Positions 48,840 to 58,328 of a DNA stretch of 64,000 nt are shown in pieces. The stretch covers positions 11,050 through 75,049 of the forward strand of contig CAZHZI010000002.1 of assembly GCA_964536955.1 (NCBI GenBank), written 5' to 3'. How positions within the stretch are numbered: position 1 is the stretch's first letter; each line of letters opens with the position of its first letter. The notes below the pieces were generated by a model that worked only from the letters and a program-made list of their open reading frames with translations, was not told where the DNA came from and searched no databases. A program made the position numbers and the translations under genes. Source of the DNA: an uncultured Conexibacteraceae bacterium (GTDB lineage: Bacteria; Actinomycetota; Thermoleophilia; Solirubrobacterales; 70-9).

Positions 48840-51800
48840 ATGTCAGATCCTCGCCTCTACGAGCAGCTCTTCGACGAGAACCTCAGGTCGACCGGAGGTC
48901 CCACTTCGCTCGCTCGCCTCGGCGCGTTGGAGCAGCAGGTCGCGCAGCTGACGGAGGAGCTCGCCGAGCGCGAACAGGCCCTTGCCGAGGCCAGGACCGA
49001 AGTCTCGGAGGGTCGACGCGATGACGAGGCGCGCGAGCGCCGATCGCGAGCGCTGGAGGTACGACTCCAGGCTGCCGAGGACGCGCTTCGGATCGCGGCT
49101 TCCGAACGCGATGCGGCCTTGCGCGAAATCGATCGCAAAGCCAACGCAGCGAGCAAGCTCGGCGAGCGGGTCCGCGACCTGGAGGGCGAGGTCCCCCAAC
49201 GGGAGGGCGAGATCGGCGAGCTGCGCCGCGCTCTCGGCGAGGCTGAGCTGCAAGGCCGGCGCACGGCATCCGAGTACGGCGCCCGGATGCGGGAGCTGGA
49301 ACAGCTGGTCTCCACGCTCGCGGGCGGGCTCGCGCAGACGAAGGAAGACATTGACCGTGCGGCCGACTCGCGTGCCTGGCGCTGGGGTCATGGCGCCAGC
49401 AGAGCTCTGCGGCGGTTGGCTCTACGACGCAATGTGACCGAGGGGGCGCTGGCCAGGTCGCTGAAGCGAATCGAGCAGATCCAGCAGGCAAATCTCGCCC
49501 TTCGTCAATCGGCGAGCACGCCACCGACTCTTGAGTCTCTCGTCATCGAGCCCCTTGCCGAGACGAGGCCCGCCGACAGTCGCAGCGAGGCCGAACGGAC
49601 AAGGATGAGAGCGGAGCTGGCCTTGGAGATACGGGAGCGCCTCGGGTCTACTCCCGAGAAAAAGTCCTGGCCCGGCGTGTCGATGGTCGTGCCGACACGC
49701 AACGGACACGACCACATAGAACGCCTTGTGACAGGGCTCGCCGAGCGAACCGACTATCCGGAGTTCGAGCTGATCGTCGTCGACAACGGCTCCGGCGACG
49801 GAACGGGGGAGTATCTAGGCCAACTCGGCGTGCCCTTCGGAGTATCGGTGGTTACGAACGCTGAGAGCGTTTCCTTCTCCGCGGCTAATGCCCAAGGCGT
49901 CGGGCGCGCCCGTCATGACCTCCTCCTCTTTCTCAACAACGACATCGAGCCGTTCGAGCCCGGCTGGCTTCGCGAATTGGTTGCGGCCCACGACCGCGAA
50001 GGAGTCGCCGCGGTCGGCGCCACGCTGCTTCGCTCGGAGGCGGGCGACGACCCCTCGACGCGCGATCGCACCGTCCAGCACCGCTCGATCAAGTTCCGCG
50101 CGAGCGCCGACAGCGTCCGCCCTTACAACTCGAGTGATGGAGAGGACCTCTTCGCGGCCCGGTTCGGAATCGAGGATCACGCGCCGGCGGTGACCGCCGC
50201 CTGCCTGTTGATCGACCGGGCCAGCTTCGGGAGCGCGGGAGGCTTCGCTGACGGCTACCGCTACGGAACCGAGGACGTCGATCTCGGCCTCAAGCTCACG
50301 GCCTCCGGTGGCGTGGGCGCCGTGGTGGCCACCGGGCGCTCGATCCTCTACCACCGGGAGTCCGCCACACAGGATGCCGAAGGGCGCGATTTCAAGCACA
50401 ACAACAGGATGGCGAACCGGCGCCTGTTCCTTGAACGCTGGGGACCTCGGGTGCGACGCGACTATCGCCTCGGCCGGCTGCGTGGCGACCCGGCCTGGAC
50501 CGACGGCCAGGGCCCACACATCGCGATCACGGTCACCAGCCTCGATCCCGCCGACGGCTGGGGCGACTGGTACACCGCAAACGAGATGGGCGATGCGCTG
50601 GCCGACGTCGGCTGGCGGGTCAGCTACATCGAGCGAAAGGGCGACGCCTGGTACGCGCTGCCGGATGACCTTGACTACCTGCTCTCGCTGATGGACCCGT
50701 TCGACCTGCGCCGGGTTCCCGACGACGTAACCATGATCGCCTGGGTCCGCAACTGGACGGAGCGCTGGCTCGAACGGCCCTGGTTCGAGCGCGCTGACGT
50801 CATCCTCACCTCATCCCAACCCTCAGCGGAGGCCATAGAGAGCGCCACCGGGCGCTCGACAGTGCTGTTTCCGCTCGCGACGAACCCCACTCGTTTTGCG
50901 CCTTGTCCACCGGACCCGGACTTCGATGCCGACTACGTCTTTACCGGCAACCACTGGGGGGAGGACCGCGACATCCAAATGGGCCTGCAGCCACGAAAGG
51001 ACGAGCGGTTGGATGTCTACGGCAGGGGATGGAGCGAGGTGGCCGGACTGGCCGCCTATGCACGTGGCTCGGCTCCTTACAGCGAGCTTCCCAAGATCTA
51101 CTCCTCCGCGAAGCTCGTGCTTGACGACACCTCAGGTCCGACGCTGCCATACGCCGCGGTCAACAGCCGCGTCTTCGACGCCCTCGCCGCGGGAACGCTG
51201 GTGATCACCAATTGTGAGGCGGGCGTGCGCGAGCTCTTCGACGAAGAGTTCCCGGTCTGGGACTCCGCCGGCAGCTTGCGCAGCCAGCTCGACTCGCTGC
51301 TCGGCGATGAGCGGCGGCGCACCGATCTGGCCCAGCGCTATCGCAACGAGGTGCTGCGCCACCACACCTACGCCCACCGGGCCGGTCAGCTCGCCGAGAT
51401 GCTCGAGGACCACGAGCGGAAGCTCTCCTTCTGCTTGAAGATCGGCGCGCCGACCTGGGAGGAGGCCGAGCGCTGGGGCGACCTGCACTTCGTCCGCGCG
51501 CTGGAGCGGCAGCTGAGGCGCCGCGGCCATCGGTGCCTGATTCAGGTGCTGGAGGAGTGGGAGGACAGCGCCGGCCTCAGCTATGACGTCGCGGTGGTGA
51601 TCAGGGGCCTCAGCCGGCACCATCCGAAGCCCGGCCAGTTCAACGTGCTTTGGAATATCAGCCATCCGGCTGACATGACAGGCGAAGAATGCGATGGCTA
51701 CGACCTGGTCTGCGTCGCCTCGGAGCAATTTGCGGCAACCCTCCGAGAACGCACTGCCACACCAGTCGTCGTGCTCGAACAGGCAACCGACCCGGCGATC

Positions 51801-52355
51801 TTCTACCCCGATCCCTCACCGGAATACGAGCACGACCTCGTCTACGTCGCCAACTCGCGAAATGTTCTGCGACCGATCGTCCGCGACCTCCTGCCCACCG
51901 AACATGACCTTGCGATCTATGGCGCCAACTGGGAAGGGCTGATCGACACCAAATACGTCGTCGCCGAGCACATTCCCAACGACGAGCTGCGCAAGGTCTA
52001 TTCCTCGGCCAAGATCGTCCTCTGCGACCACTGGGACGACATGCGGGAGCACGGATTCATCTCGAATAGGATCTACGACGCATTGGCTTGCGGGGCGGTG
52101 GTCATCAGCGATGACGTGCGCGGTCTGCGAGGAAAGTTCGGGGAAGCGGTTCTTACGTACACGACGCCCGATTCGCTGCGCGAATTGGTCAATAGGCAGC
52201 TTGCCCCCAGTGCAGCCCCCACTCGGCTGGAGCGCTCATTCCAGCCGAGCAACGGCTTCGCCGATCGGTGTGAGCGCCTGCTGGAATGCATTCACTTGCA
52301 TGACGACGCGTCGAGCCGTTCGAGCAGCGCGCCGGCTCTCGCATGCCCCCGCTAG
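48840..52355 (+). CDS. 1171-aa multidomain protein: N-terminal ~180-aa coiled coil, GT2 domain, two CgeB-like (Glyco_trans_1_2 / DUF3880-type) GT-B modules
   Basis: Coiled coil: LGALEQQVAQLTEELAEREQALAEARTEV...RVRDLEGEVPQREGEIGELRRALGEAELQ. GT2: VSMVVPTRNGHDHIERLVTGL, LIVVDNGSGDG, LFLNNDIEP, YGTEDVDLGLKL. CgeB-like x2: SSAKLVLDDT...VNSRVFDALAAGTLVITN and SSAKIVLCDH...ISNRIYDALACGAVVISD. Confidence 0.75.
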   Translation: MSDPRLYEQLFDENLRSTGGPTSLARLGALEQQVAQLTEELAEREQALAEARTEVSEGRRDDEARERRSRALEVRLQAAEDALRIAASERDAALREIDRKANAASKLGERVRDLEGEVPQREGEIGELRRALGEAELQGRRTASEYGARMRELEQLVSTLAGGLAQTKEDIDRAADSRAWRWGHGASRALRRLALRRNVTEGALARSLKRIEQIQQANLALRQSASTPPTLESLVIEPLAETRPADSRSEAERTRMRAELALEIRERLGSTPEKKSWPGVSMVVPTRNGHDHIERLVTGLAERTDYPEFELIVVDNGSGDGTGEYLGQLGVPFGVSVVTNAESVSFSAANAQGVGRARHDLLLFLNNDIEPFEPGWLRELVAAHDREGVAAVGATLLRSEAGDDPSTRDRTVQHRSIKFRASADSVRPYNSSDGEDLFAARFGIEDHAPAVTAACLLIDRASFGSAGGFADGYRYGTEDVDLGLKLTASGGVGAVVATGRSILYHRESATQDAEGRDFKHNNRMANRRLFLERWGPRVRRDYRLGRLRGDPAWTDGQGPHIAITVTSLDPADGWGDWYTANEMGDALADVGWRVSYIERKGDAWYALPDDLDYLLSLMDPFDLRRVPDDVTMIAWVRNWTERWLERPWFERADVILTSSQPSAEAIESATGRSTVLFPLATNPTRFAPCPPDPDFDADYVFTGNHWGEDRDIQMGLQPRKDERLDVYGRGWSEVAGLAAYARGSAPYSELPKIYSSAKLVLDDTSGPTLPYAAVNSRVFDALAAGTLVITNCEAGVRELFDEEFPVWDSAGSLRSQLDSLLGDERRRTDLAQRYRNEVLRHHTYAHRAGQLAEMLEDHERKLSFCLKIGAPTWEEAERWGDLHFVRALERQLRRRGHRCLIQVLEEWEDSAGLSYDVAVVIRGLSRHHPKPGQFNVLWNISHPADMTGEECDGYDLVCVASEQFAATLRERTATPVVVLEQATDPAIFYPDPSPEYEHDLVYVANSRNVLRPIVRDLLPTEHDLAIYGANWEGLIDTKYVVAEHIPNDELRKVYSSAKIVLCDHWDDMREHGFISNRIYDALACGAVVISDDVRGLRGKFGEAVLTYTTPDSLRELVNRQLAPSAAPTRLERSFQPSNGFADRCERLLECIHLHDDASSRSSSAPALACPR

Positions 52356-53515
52356 GCCGCCCGATCGAAATTCACCCGCTCTCCGATCAACCAAGCCTGC
52401 GCATCGGGGGTCTTCTTACGCCGCGCGCCGCCGATCGGCGGGATCTCGCCGTGACCGAGATTCCGCACGACGCGTCTCGCCAGCTCCAACCTCCGACCAT
52501 CTCCCTTGACGAGGCCGGGCACCAGCGGCCCCTTGCGACGGCGACGCCGGCAAAATCTGCTTGCCCGCTCTACTTTGCGAGGCTGAGCGATGGCGTCGTA
52601 GCCGTGCCGCCAGCCACAAGGCGGTGCTATCTGTTGAGTGGGCGGGGAGAATTGGTCGCCGACTCGGTCGATGACTCGCCGAACGTGTACCGGCGGGCGG
52701 TCAAGGACTGGGCACGTCTCGCGGAGATCGACGCCGAGCCGGCGACGAATCCGCGCGAAGTCATGCTGGTGGCCGGGCAGCGCAACGGCTACTGGCACTG
52801 GTGGGTCGACATTCTCCCCCGCATCTGGCTTCTCGAGGCATGCGGGCCCGCGAGCACCGGGGCCATGCCACTCGTCTTTCCTGCGTTTGCGTCGCAGTTT
52901 CAGAGCGAGTCGCTCGACGCACTAGGGCTCTCGGCGCGAGTCGAGCACATTGCCCCGGGTCTCTCTCGGTTTAAAAGCGTCACATTCACGCCGGGCCTCA
53001 CCGCCGGGGGCTCCAGATTTCCATCCAATCGTCTCTACGACTATGCACGATGGCTGCGCGCGACTTTGACACCGCAGGGCGCGGCGGGCGGTGGCCCGGC
53101 CCGTCGCATTTTCGTGAGCCGGGCGGATGCAGCGTCACGGCGGATCGCCAACGAAGCGGAGATCGCCACGCTGCTACAGAAGCACGGCTTCGAGGTCGTC
53201 GAATGCGCGCGGATGTCCGTCCCGGAGCAGATCGCAGCGTTTGCCGACGCCGCGATCGTGGTCGGGGCGCATGGGGCCGGCTTGACCAATCTTCTTTTCT
53301 CCCGGGCAGGTACCCATGTCGTTGAGATCTTTGCGTCGACTGCCGCTCAGGAAGTTTCGAACTATCGTGTCCTCGCTTCCCACCTGGGGCTGACCTACAG
53401 CAGGATGCTGGGGACGCCCGTGGAGACCACACGGCGCTCCAAGAGTCCCCACGACCTGGACATCAAGGTCGATGCCAATCACCTGGCGCGTGTGCTCGCC
53501 GTCGCCGAAGACTAG
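52343..53515 (+). CDS. Glycosyltransferase family 61 (DUF563) protein
   Basis: GQRNGYWHWWVDILPRIWLL matches the GT61 N-Y-x-H-W-x-x-D-x-L-P-R signature. Also RRIFVSRADAASRRIANEAEI, VVGAHGAGLTNLLF. The start is uncertain (ATG 52343 overlaps the upstream gene by 13 nt). Confidence 0.7.
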   Translation: MPPLGRPIEIHPLSDQPSLRIGGLLTPRAADRRDLAVTEIPHDASRQLQPPTISLDEAGHQRPLATATPAKSACPLYFARLSDGVVAVPPATRRCYLLSGRGELVADSVDDSPNVYRRAVKDWARLAEIDAEPATNPREVMLVAGQRNGYWHWWVDILPRIWLLEACGPASTGAMPLVFPAFASQFQSESLDALGLSARVEHIAPGLSRFKSVTFTPGLTAGGSRFPSNRLYDYARWLRATLTPQGAAGGGPARRIFVSRADAASRRIANEAEIATLLQKHGFEVVECARMSVPEQIAAFADAAIVVGAHGAGLTNLLFSRAGTHVVEIFASTAAQEVSNYRVLASHLGLTYSRMLGTPVETTRRSKSPHDLDIKVDANHLARVLAVAED

Positions 53516-54330
53516 GAGCTGTCCAGGTGCTTCCAGCCTGAGAGATCCCGGTCCAGCATCTGCTCCAGGCGGTCAACATCCTCCCTGAAGTACTCCGCGA
53601 GGGCAAGCCGCTCCCGATCTGTCAGCGACCGCTTTCCCTTGCCGGCCTGCCAGTAACGAGTGTGTTGCGGCGGAACGCGACTGAATACAACTTCGGTGAG
53701 CGCGGCCGGAACGAAGGAGCTGTCAACCCCCAGCTCGCGCAGAGCGGTGGAGTACACCGTTTCCGGATTCGATCGCGCATCCTCATTGAGGATCACGGTC
53801 AGCTGCGGCCCGAAGCGCTCCACATACGGCTCAAGGCTGCGGGCATACCAGCCTCCCGCCACCAACTGGAGTGGATCCTCCTCCGGAGCGACACTGCGTA
53901 CGCGTTCGACGATGTCTTCGTCCGGGGCTATCCGCTCGCGCCTCATATGATGGATGAAGGCCGAGTACAGACGATCCACTGGATCGCGTAGAACCGCGAA
54001 CAGCCTCACTGCGGGGAGATCCTTGTGTATCCGTTCGGCGACGACGCTTGGCTGATGACGCCAGATCATGTATCCGGGGGTCGCCTCTCCGACAGCGCTC
54101 TCTCCATTCCAACCCTCGAAGCCCCGGCGGTAGTGGGTTAGACCGCGCTGGTACTTCGTCGTGTTGAAAAACGACAGCTCACTTTCAGGCGTGAAGATCT
54201 CCGGATGCCGCCCGAGGTTGAGTCGGAGCCAACGCGTGGCCCCCTTCTGGGCGCCGATTATGAGAAACGAGGGAAGGGGTGGAAGTTGCCCTGACGCAGC
54301 CCCCTCATCCCGGTGGCTGACGCCGATCAT
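53512..54330 (-). CDS. Sulfotransferase-family protein
   Basis: 5'-PSB loop: PSFLIIGAQKGATRWLRLNL. 3'-PB region: LFAVLRDPVDRLYSAFIH. ATGA overlap with the upstream methyltransferase-like gene. Confidence 0.8.
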   Translation of the reverse strand: MIGVSHRDEGAASGQLPPLPSFLIIGAQKGATRWLRLNLGRHPEIFTPESELSFFNTTKYQRGLTHYRRGFEGWNGESAVGEATPGYMIWRHQPSVVAERIHKDLPAVRLFAVLRDPVDRLYSAFIHHMRRERIAPDEDIVERVRSVAPEEDPLQLVAGGWYARSLEPYVERFGPQLTVILNEDARSNPETVYSTALRELGVDSSFVPAALTEVVFSRVPPQHTRYWQAGKGKRSLTDRERLALAEYFREDVDRLEQMLDRDLSGWKHLDSS

Positions 54331-55106
54331 ATTCGTGTCACGCCAACGGACCGCTGGAGCTCGAAGCCCCTTACCCGGCGCAGGATGTCCTGTAGATCGA
54401 CATTCCCGAGAGCCGCGAGTACGACGAAATCCCGGTGCAGCGGCGGTTCGAATTTCACCTCTGGCCGGGGAGGGTCGACTCCCTCCTGCCAGTGCGATCT
54501 ATCCGGTGGGGCGCCGGCCGGGTGAACCCAGCGGCTTGACGAGTCTTCGATCGGTCGCATACCGCCCTGCACGTACCGCGTGATGCCGACACCTTCGAGA
54601 ACTGCAAGGAACTCGTTGATCGAAAGGCGGCAAGTATGGCCGCGCATCGTGAAATGAGCAAGGGTGACGCCGTGTTCGTCGAGCCTTTCCGCGTAGTCAA
54701 AAATAGGTTGCTCGATGTAGATGAAGTCGGTGCACATCCCCGAAAGTTTCCAAAGGATGAAGCCGACTACGTATCTATTCGGCATGTGCTCGAGCACATG
54801 CCGACATACGGCGAAGCGGAACTGCAGTCCATCGGTCGGAAACGCGGCAATGTCGCCTGTGTACACCGGAAAGCCGGCCGCCAGCGCCTTCTGCGCCCGC
54901 TTCGGGTTCATCTCGATCCCCAAGCCGCATGCGCCGCCAAGGCGGTTGCCCCATTTGATGCCCCCACCGCGATGCGTTCCGAGGTCGACAAAATCAAACG
55001 CGCCATTACGGGCCAGCTCCAGCAGTTGGGCGTTCCGAACATCCACACGTTCGTTTGCCAGCTGGCTTACGAGCTCGGGGTCCAAGAGGGTCGCATCGGT
55101 ACTCAT
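54327..55106 (-). CDS. Methyltransferase-like protein (divergent class I / FkbM-like)
   Basis: FDFVDLGTHRGGGIKW, FAVCRHVLEHMP. Weak similarity only. Clear coding character and operon position upstream of the sulfotransferase. Confidence 0.45.
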   Translation of the reverse strand: MSTDATLLDPELVSQLANERVDVRNAQLLELARNGAFDFVDLGTHRGGGIKWGNRLGGACGLGIEMNPKRAQKALAAGFPVYTGDIAAFPTDGLQFRFAVCRHVLEHMPNRYVVGFILWKLSGMCTDFIYIEQPIFDYAERLDEHGVTLAHFTMRGHTCRLSINEFLAVLEGVGITRYVQGGMRPIEDSSSRWVHPAGAPPDRSHWQEGVDPPRPEVKFEPPLHRDFVVLAALGNVDLQDILRRVRGFELQRSVGVTRI

Positions 55107-55220
55107 CGGCGAAAGGCTAACAGTCGGGAAGCGCTGGGCGTCCGCGAGCTCCGGCTGTAAACGGGGCTATAGCCGGGGACCGTGTCAGCGCTCCAATCCT
55201 GGTGGCCTATTCTTGCGCCG

Positions 55221-57191
55221 ATGCCCAAGCGACAAGATGTCCACGCCCCGTCTGCGCCGGCTCAGGCGAGCTACGCGATGACCCTTTACGCGCAGATGAT
55301 GACGCGGACCGGGACTGTTTTCGCATTTGGACTTCTGGCAATCGTTCCGTTCGGAATTCTGAGCATTGCCGTCACCACAAGATATCTGGCTCCTGCAGAC
55401 TATGGGTACCTCTCCATTTTCTTTGCAGTCGCGTCGGTGGTAACAGTATTTTGCGGCGTCGGGTTTCTCCAAGGAACGATGATGACCGTGTATGGACTTG
55501 CCGACGATGGCGACGGTGGCGACGCGGACGGCCTCGGCGGGTCTGATGTTGCCGAGATCGGTCCTATCGACACGGCGGCGAAGAGCGGCGAGCAGAAGCG
55601 CTTGCTTGGCTCTGGTCTGCTGATCGTCACTGCAATGAGTACGGCGCTATGCGCGGCTGTGGCGCTTTTCGGCAGCATGGCTGCCGCTGCGTTGTTCGGC
55701 GGCGAATGGGCTGTCTCAGTGCTGTGGATGGCGGCTTCCGCCTGGGCAGGCGGAGTCTGGCGGATGATGCACCAGGTCCCACGGATGGAGCGGAGGGCGA
55801 TCCGATGGGCGGGACTGCAGTGGATACGCCCGGCTCTGGTGGTTATCGGAACCCTCGCCGCGCTCTCAGCCGGGCTGGGCATCAATGGAGTTTTGATGGC
55901 CACGACCGTTGGCACCGTCGTGGCAACGGTCGTGGCCTTTGCGATCTCGCGCCACTCGTTCCGCTTCGATCCGCGGCGCGAGGACGTCGCCGTAATATGG
56001 AGAGCAGGACGAGCTTGGGTTCCGCTGACCATCGCGGTTGCGCTGCAGACGAACACCAGTGTCCTTCTACTCGGAATTCTCGCAACCCCCGCCAGCGTCG
56101 GGCTCTTCCAGGTCGCTAGTCGAATAGCACAGTTTCCTACGTACTTCGCCGACGGCTTCATCACGGCCTGGCCAGCTATGGAGCGTAGCCCGATCAGCCT
56201 TGCCGCCAAGGAGCGAAAGGGGGTTCGAGAATACTCTGCGGCGGTCTTCACGCTACTGGCCCTATCCACAATGGGTCTGCTGGTAATGGTCAGTCTCTTC
56301 TCCGACGCGCTAATTCACATCGCAGCACCGTCCTATCAGGACGCGGCCGGGCTGATCCCGATAGTTGCGGTTGCAGGCGCGGCACACGTCGCCTTCAGAG
56401 GTGTCTTCCGCGCCACTGGCTTCCCTAGGCGGCGGTACTGGTACACGCTGCTTCACCTTTTGTGGATTGCCCCCTATGCAGGGGTGAGCGCACTTTTGAT
56501 CCCGCTGAACCCAAGCTATGGGGTGGCGATTGCCCAAGTCGCGGCGGGGATCGCGGTAACCGCTGGCTTCGTCGCCTTGGACAAGCGAAGCGCCGCTCCC
56601 ACCCCATTTCAGTGGCGGCGACTTGGCTTGGCGCTTCTCATTGCGACCGCCTGCGTAGGGCTGGCCCAGCTTGTTCCCGGCCACGGGGCGGTTCATGCTG
56701 GCTTGTCAGTCCTCGCGTTTGCGGCCTTCCCGCTATTGCTTCTTGCGATTCGCGCGGTGCCCAGGGATCAGATCGCCGTGGTCAGAACGATCATGGGATC
56801 CGTCCTGCCACGCCACATCTCCGCAGCGGCAACAGCGCGTCGCCTCGCCGCGATGCCCGACAGGGAGCGAGAGGCGTTGTTGGGGGTTATCCGCGAATCC
56901 CGAAATCCCGAGGCGGCGGCGAACGATCTCGGACTACCGGAGCCCCTGCTCCTCTCGCGTGCGGTCCGCGGCCTGCGCCGTGTCGCCGATGGGGAGGCGC
57001 CGGCCACACCGATCGACCACATCATCGGGGAGTACATCTTGCATAACGGGACCACGCTTGAAAAAGACGTCCTCGCCGCGCACCTTCGCGCACTCGGAGT
57101 TGATTTATTGCAATTGCATGTTCTCGATGACGCGTTTCGCACGGTTTCACGGGCTGCTCGTCGATCTCGTGCTATGAGGATGGAGCTGTGA
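55221..57191 (+). CDS. MOP-superfamily polysaccharide flippase (Wzx-like) with ~190-aa soluble C-terminal extension
   Basis: About 12-14 hydrophobic helices (TGTVFAFGLLAIVPFGILSIAVTTRYLAPADYGYLSIFFAV...). The tail after about aa 470 is hydrophilic. The start is uncertain (55182, 55221 or 55278). Confidence 0.7.
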   Translation: MPKRQDVHAPSAPAQASYAMTLYAQMMTRTGTVFAFGLLAIVPFGILSIAVTTRYLAPADYGYLSIFFAVASVVTVFCGVGFLQGTMMTVYGLADDGDGGDADGLGGSDVAEIGPIDTAAKSGEQKRLLGSGLLIVTAMSTALCAAVALFGSMAAAALFGGEWAVSVLWMAASAWAGGVWRMMHQVPRMERRAIRWAGLQWIRPALVVIGTLAALSAGLGINGVLMATTVGTVVATVVAFAISRHSFRFDPRREDVAVIWRAGRAWVPLTIAVALQTNTSVLLLGILATPASVGLFQVASRIAQFPTYFADGFITAWPAMERSPISLAAKERKGVREYSAAVFTLLALSTMGLLVMVSLFSDALIHIAAPSYQDAAGLIPIVAVAGAAHVAFRGVFRATGFPRRRYWYTLLHLLWIAPYAGVSALLIPLNPSYGVAIAQVAAGIAVTAGFVALDKRSAAPTPFQWRRLGLALLIATACVGLAQLVPGHGAVHAGLSVLAFAAFPLLLLAIRAVPRDQIAVVRTIMGSVLPRHISAAATARRLAAMPDREREALLGVIRESRNPEAAANDLGLPEPLLLSRAVRGLRRVADGEAPATPIDHIIGEYILHNGTTLEKDVLAAHLRALGVDLLQLHVLDDAFRTVSRAARRSRAMRMEL

Positions 57192-57238
57192 TCACGCCAG
57201 CGCAATGATGAGCCGGGCCGACCAGTGGCCGACACGCC

Positions 57239-58195
57239 TTATTCCAAGCCGCCGCGTAAGCGTGAAACCCAAGGGGGCTCGAATCCGAGGCATTTCTCGA
57301 AGACCTCGGCGTCCGCAAGGTAGCGTGCCGAGAGTTCTCTTCGGAGGTCAGCCGACATTTCCATCCCGAGTTGGTCCGGCTCACAGTTCCAGATGTGACG
57401 CAGCCACCATGCAAAGCCACGCTTGGCATTGTTGCTGTCTGACCACACGCCGCTGCGATCGAGCTCCTCCAACAGCTCGTTGAGCGCCTCAGCGGTTACG
57501 CGCTGTGTGGTTCCGCCAACGTGGATTCGCGGCGATCCCGTGGCGTGGCTCGCATTCACACCCAAGAACTCGAAGACACGACGGTAGAACAGATCGGGTT
57601 CGCGATCGAGATCCTCGGTGAAAAAGACTTTGACCTGATCGCGATCGAACTTGGCGAGGTAAGCGCGCAGTATTCGCCCATAGTCTCCCGCTTGCACGAG
57701 CGGAATCTTTCCCAATCCTCCACGCTTTTCCGCCATGCGCCGCATAAACGCCTCAAAATCTTCGTCTTTCCCCCTGGCGATCTTTTTCATGCGCCGAAAC
57801 TGGGAAACCGCCCGCTCGATGGGATCCCGCAGTACCGCAAGCAACTTGACGTCCGGACAGGTCGTCGCAATCCGGTCCACTACCTTGTCCAGTGTCCGGG
57901 GATGCGGTGGCATCAGTTGTGGGGTAACCGTGCCCAGGATCTGATCGTCGGTCGCGCTCTCGAACGTTCGGGCCACGTACTCGTCGATACCCATCTCGTA
58001 ACGGGCGTCGGAACTGAAGAACTCCCGTTCCTTGTCTGACGGCACGCAGATCTGGGGGTGCGAATCCAGAGCACGCCAGAGACTGGTCGTACCTGATCTT
58101 GCTGCGCCGATGACCAGGAATTCCAAGTTTCGCGTCCCCGAGCGGCCCCGGCCAAGCGGCTCGGAGACCGCGGCTTTGGGCTCGGCGGGCGTCAT
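57239..58195 (-). CDS. Sulfotransferase-family protein
   Basis: 5'-PSB loop: EFLVIGAARSGTTSLWRAL. 3'-PB: LLAVLRDPIERAVSQF. 318 aa. Confidence 0.8.
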   Translation of the reverse strand: MTPAEPKAAVSEPLGRGRSGTRNLEFLVIGAARSGTTSLWRALDSHPQICVPSDKEREFFSSDARYEMGIDEYVARTFESATDDQILGTVTPQLMPPHPRTLDKVVDRIATTCPDVKLLAVLRDPIERAVSQFRRMKKIARGKDEDFEAFMRRMAEKRGGLGKIPLVQAGDYGRILRAYLAKFDRDQVKVFFTEDLDREPDLFYRRVFEFLGVNASHATGSPRIHVGGTTQRVTAEALNELLEELDRSGVWSDSNNAKRGFAWWLRHIWNCEPDQLGMEMSADLRRELSARYLADAEVFEKCLGFEPPWVSRLRGGLE

Positions 58196-58328
58196 TCGGC
58201 GAGTTTAACGCTCGCGTTTTCCTTCCGAGACTCGGGGGCCAGACTCACGGACCCGAGCCCTCTGAGCGAGATACACTGCGCGACTGCGCCGGCGCCTCAT
58301 ACTGGTTCCACGGCCCACGGCAGGATCT

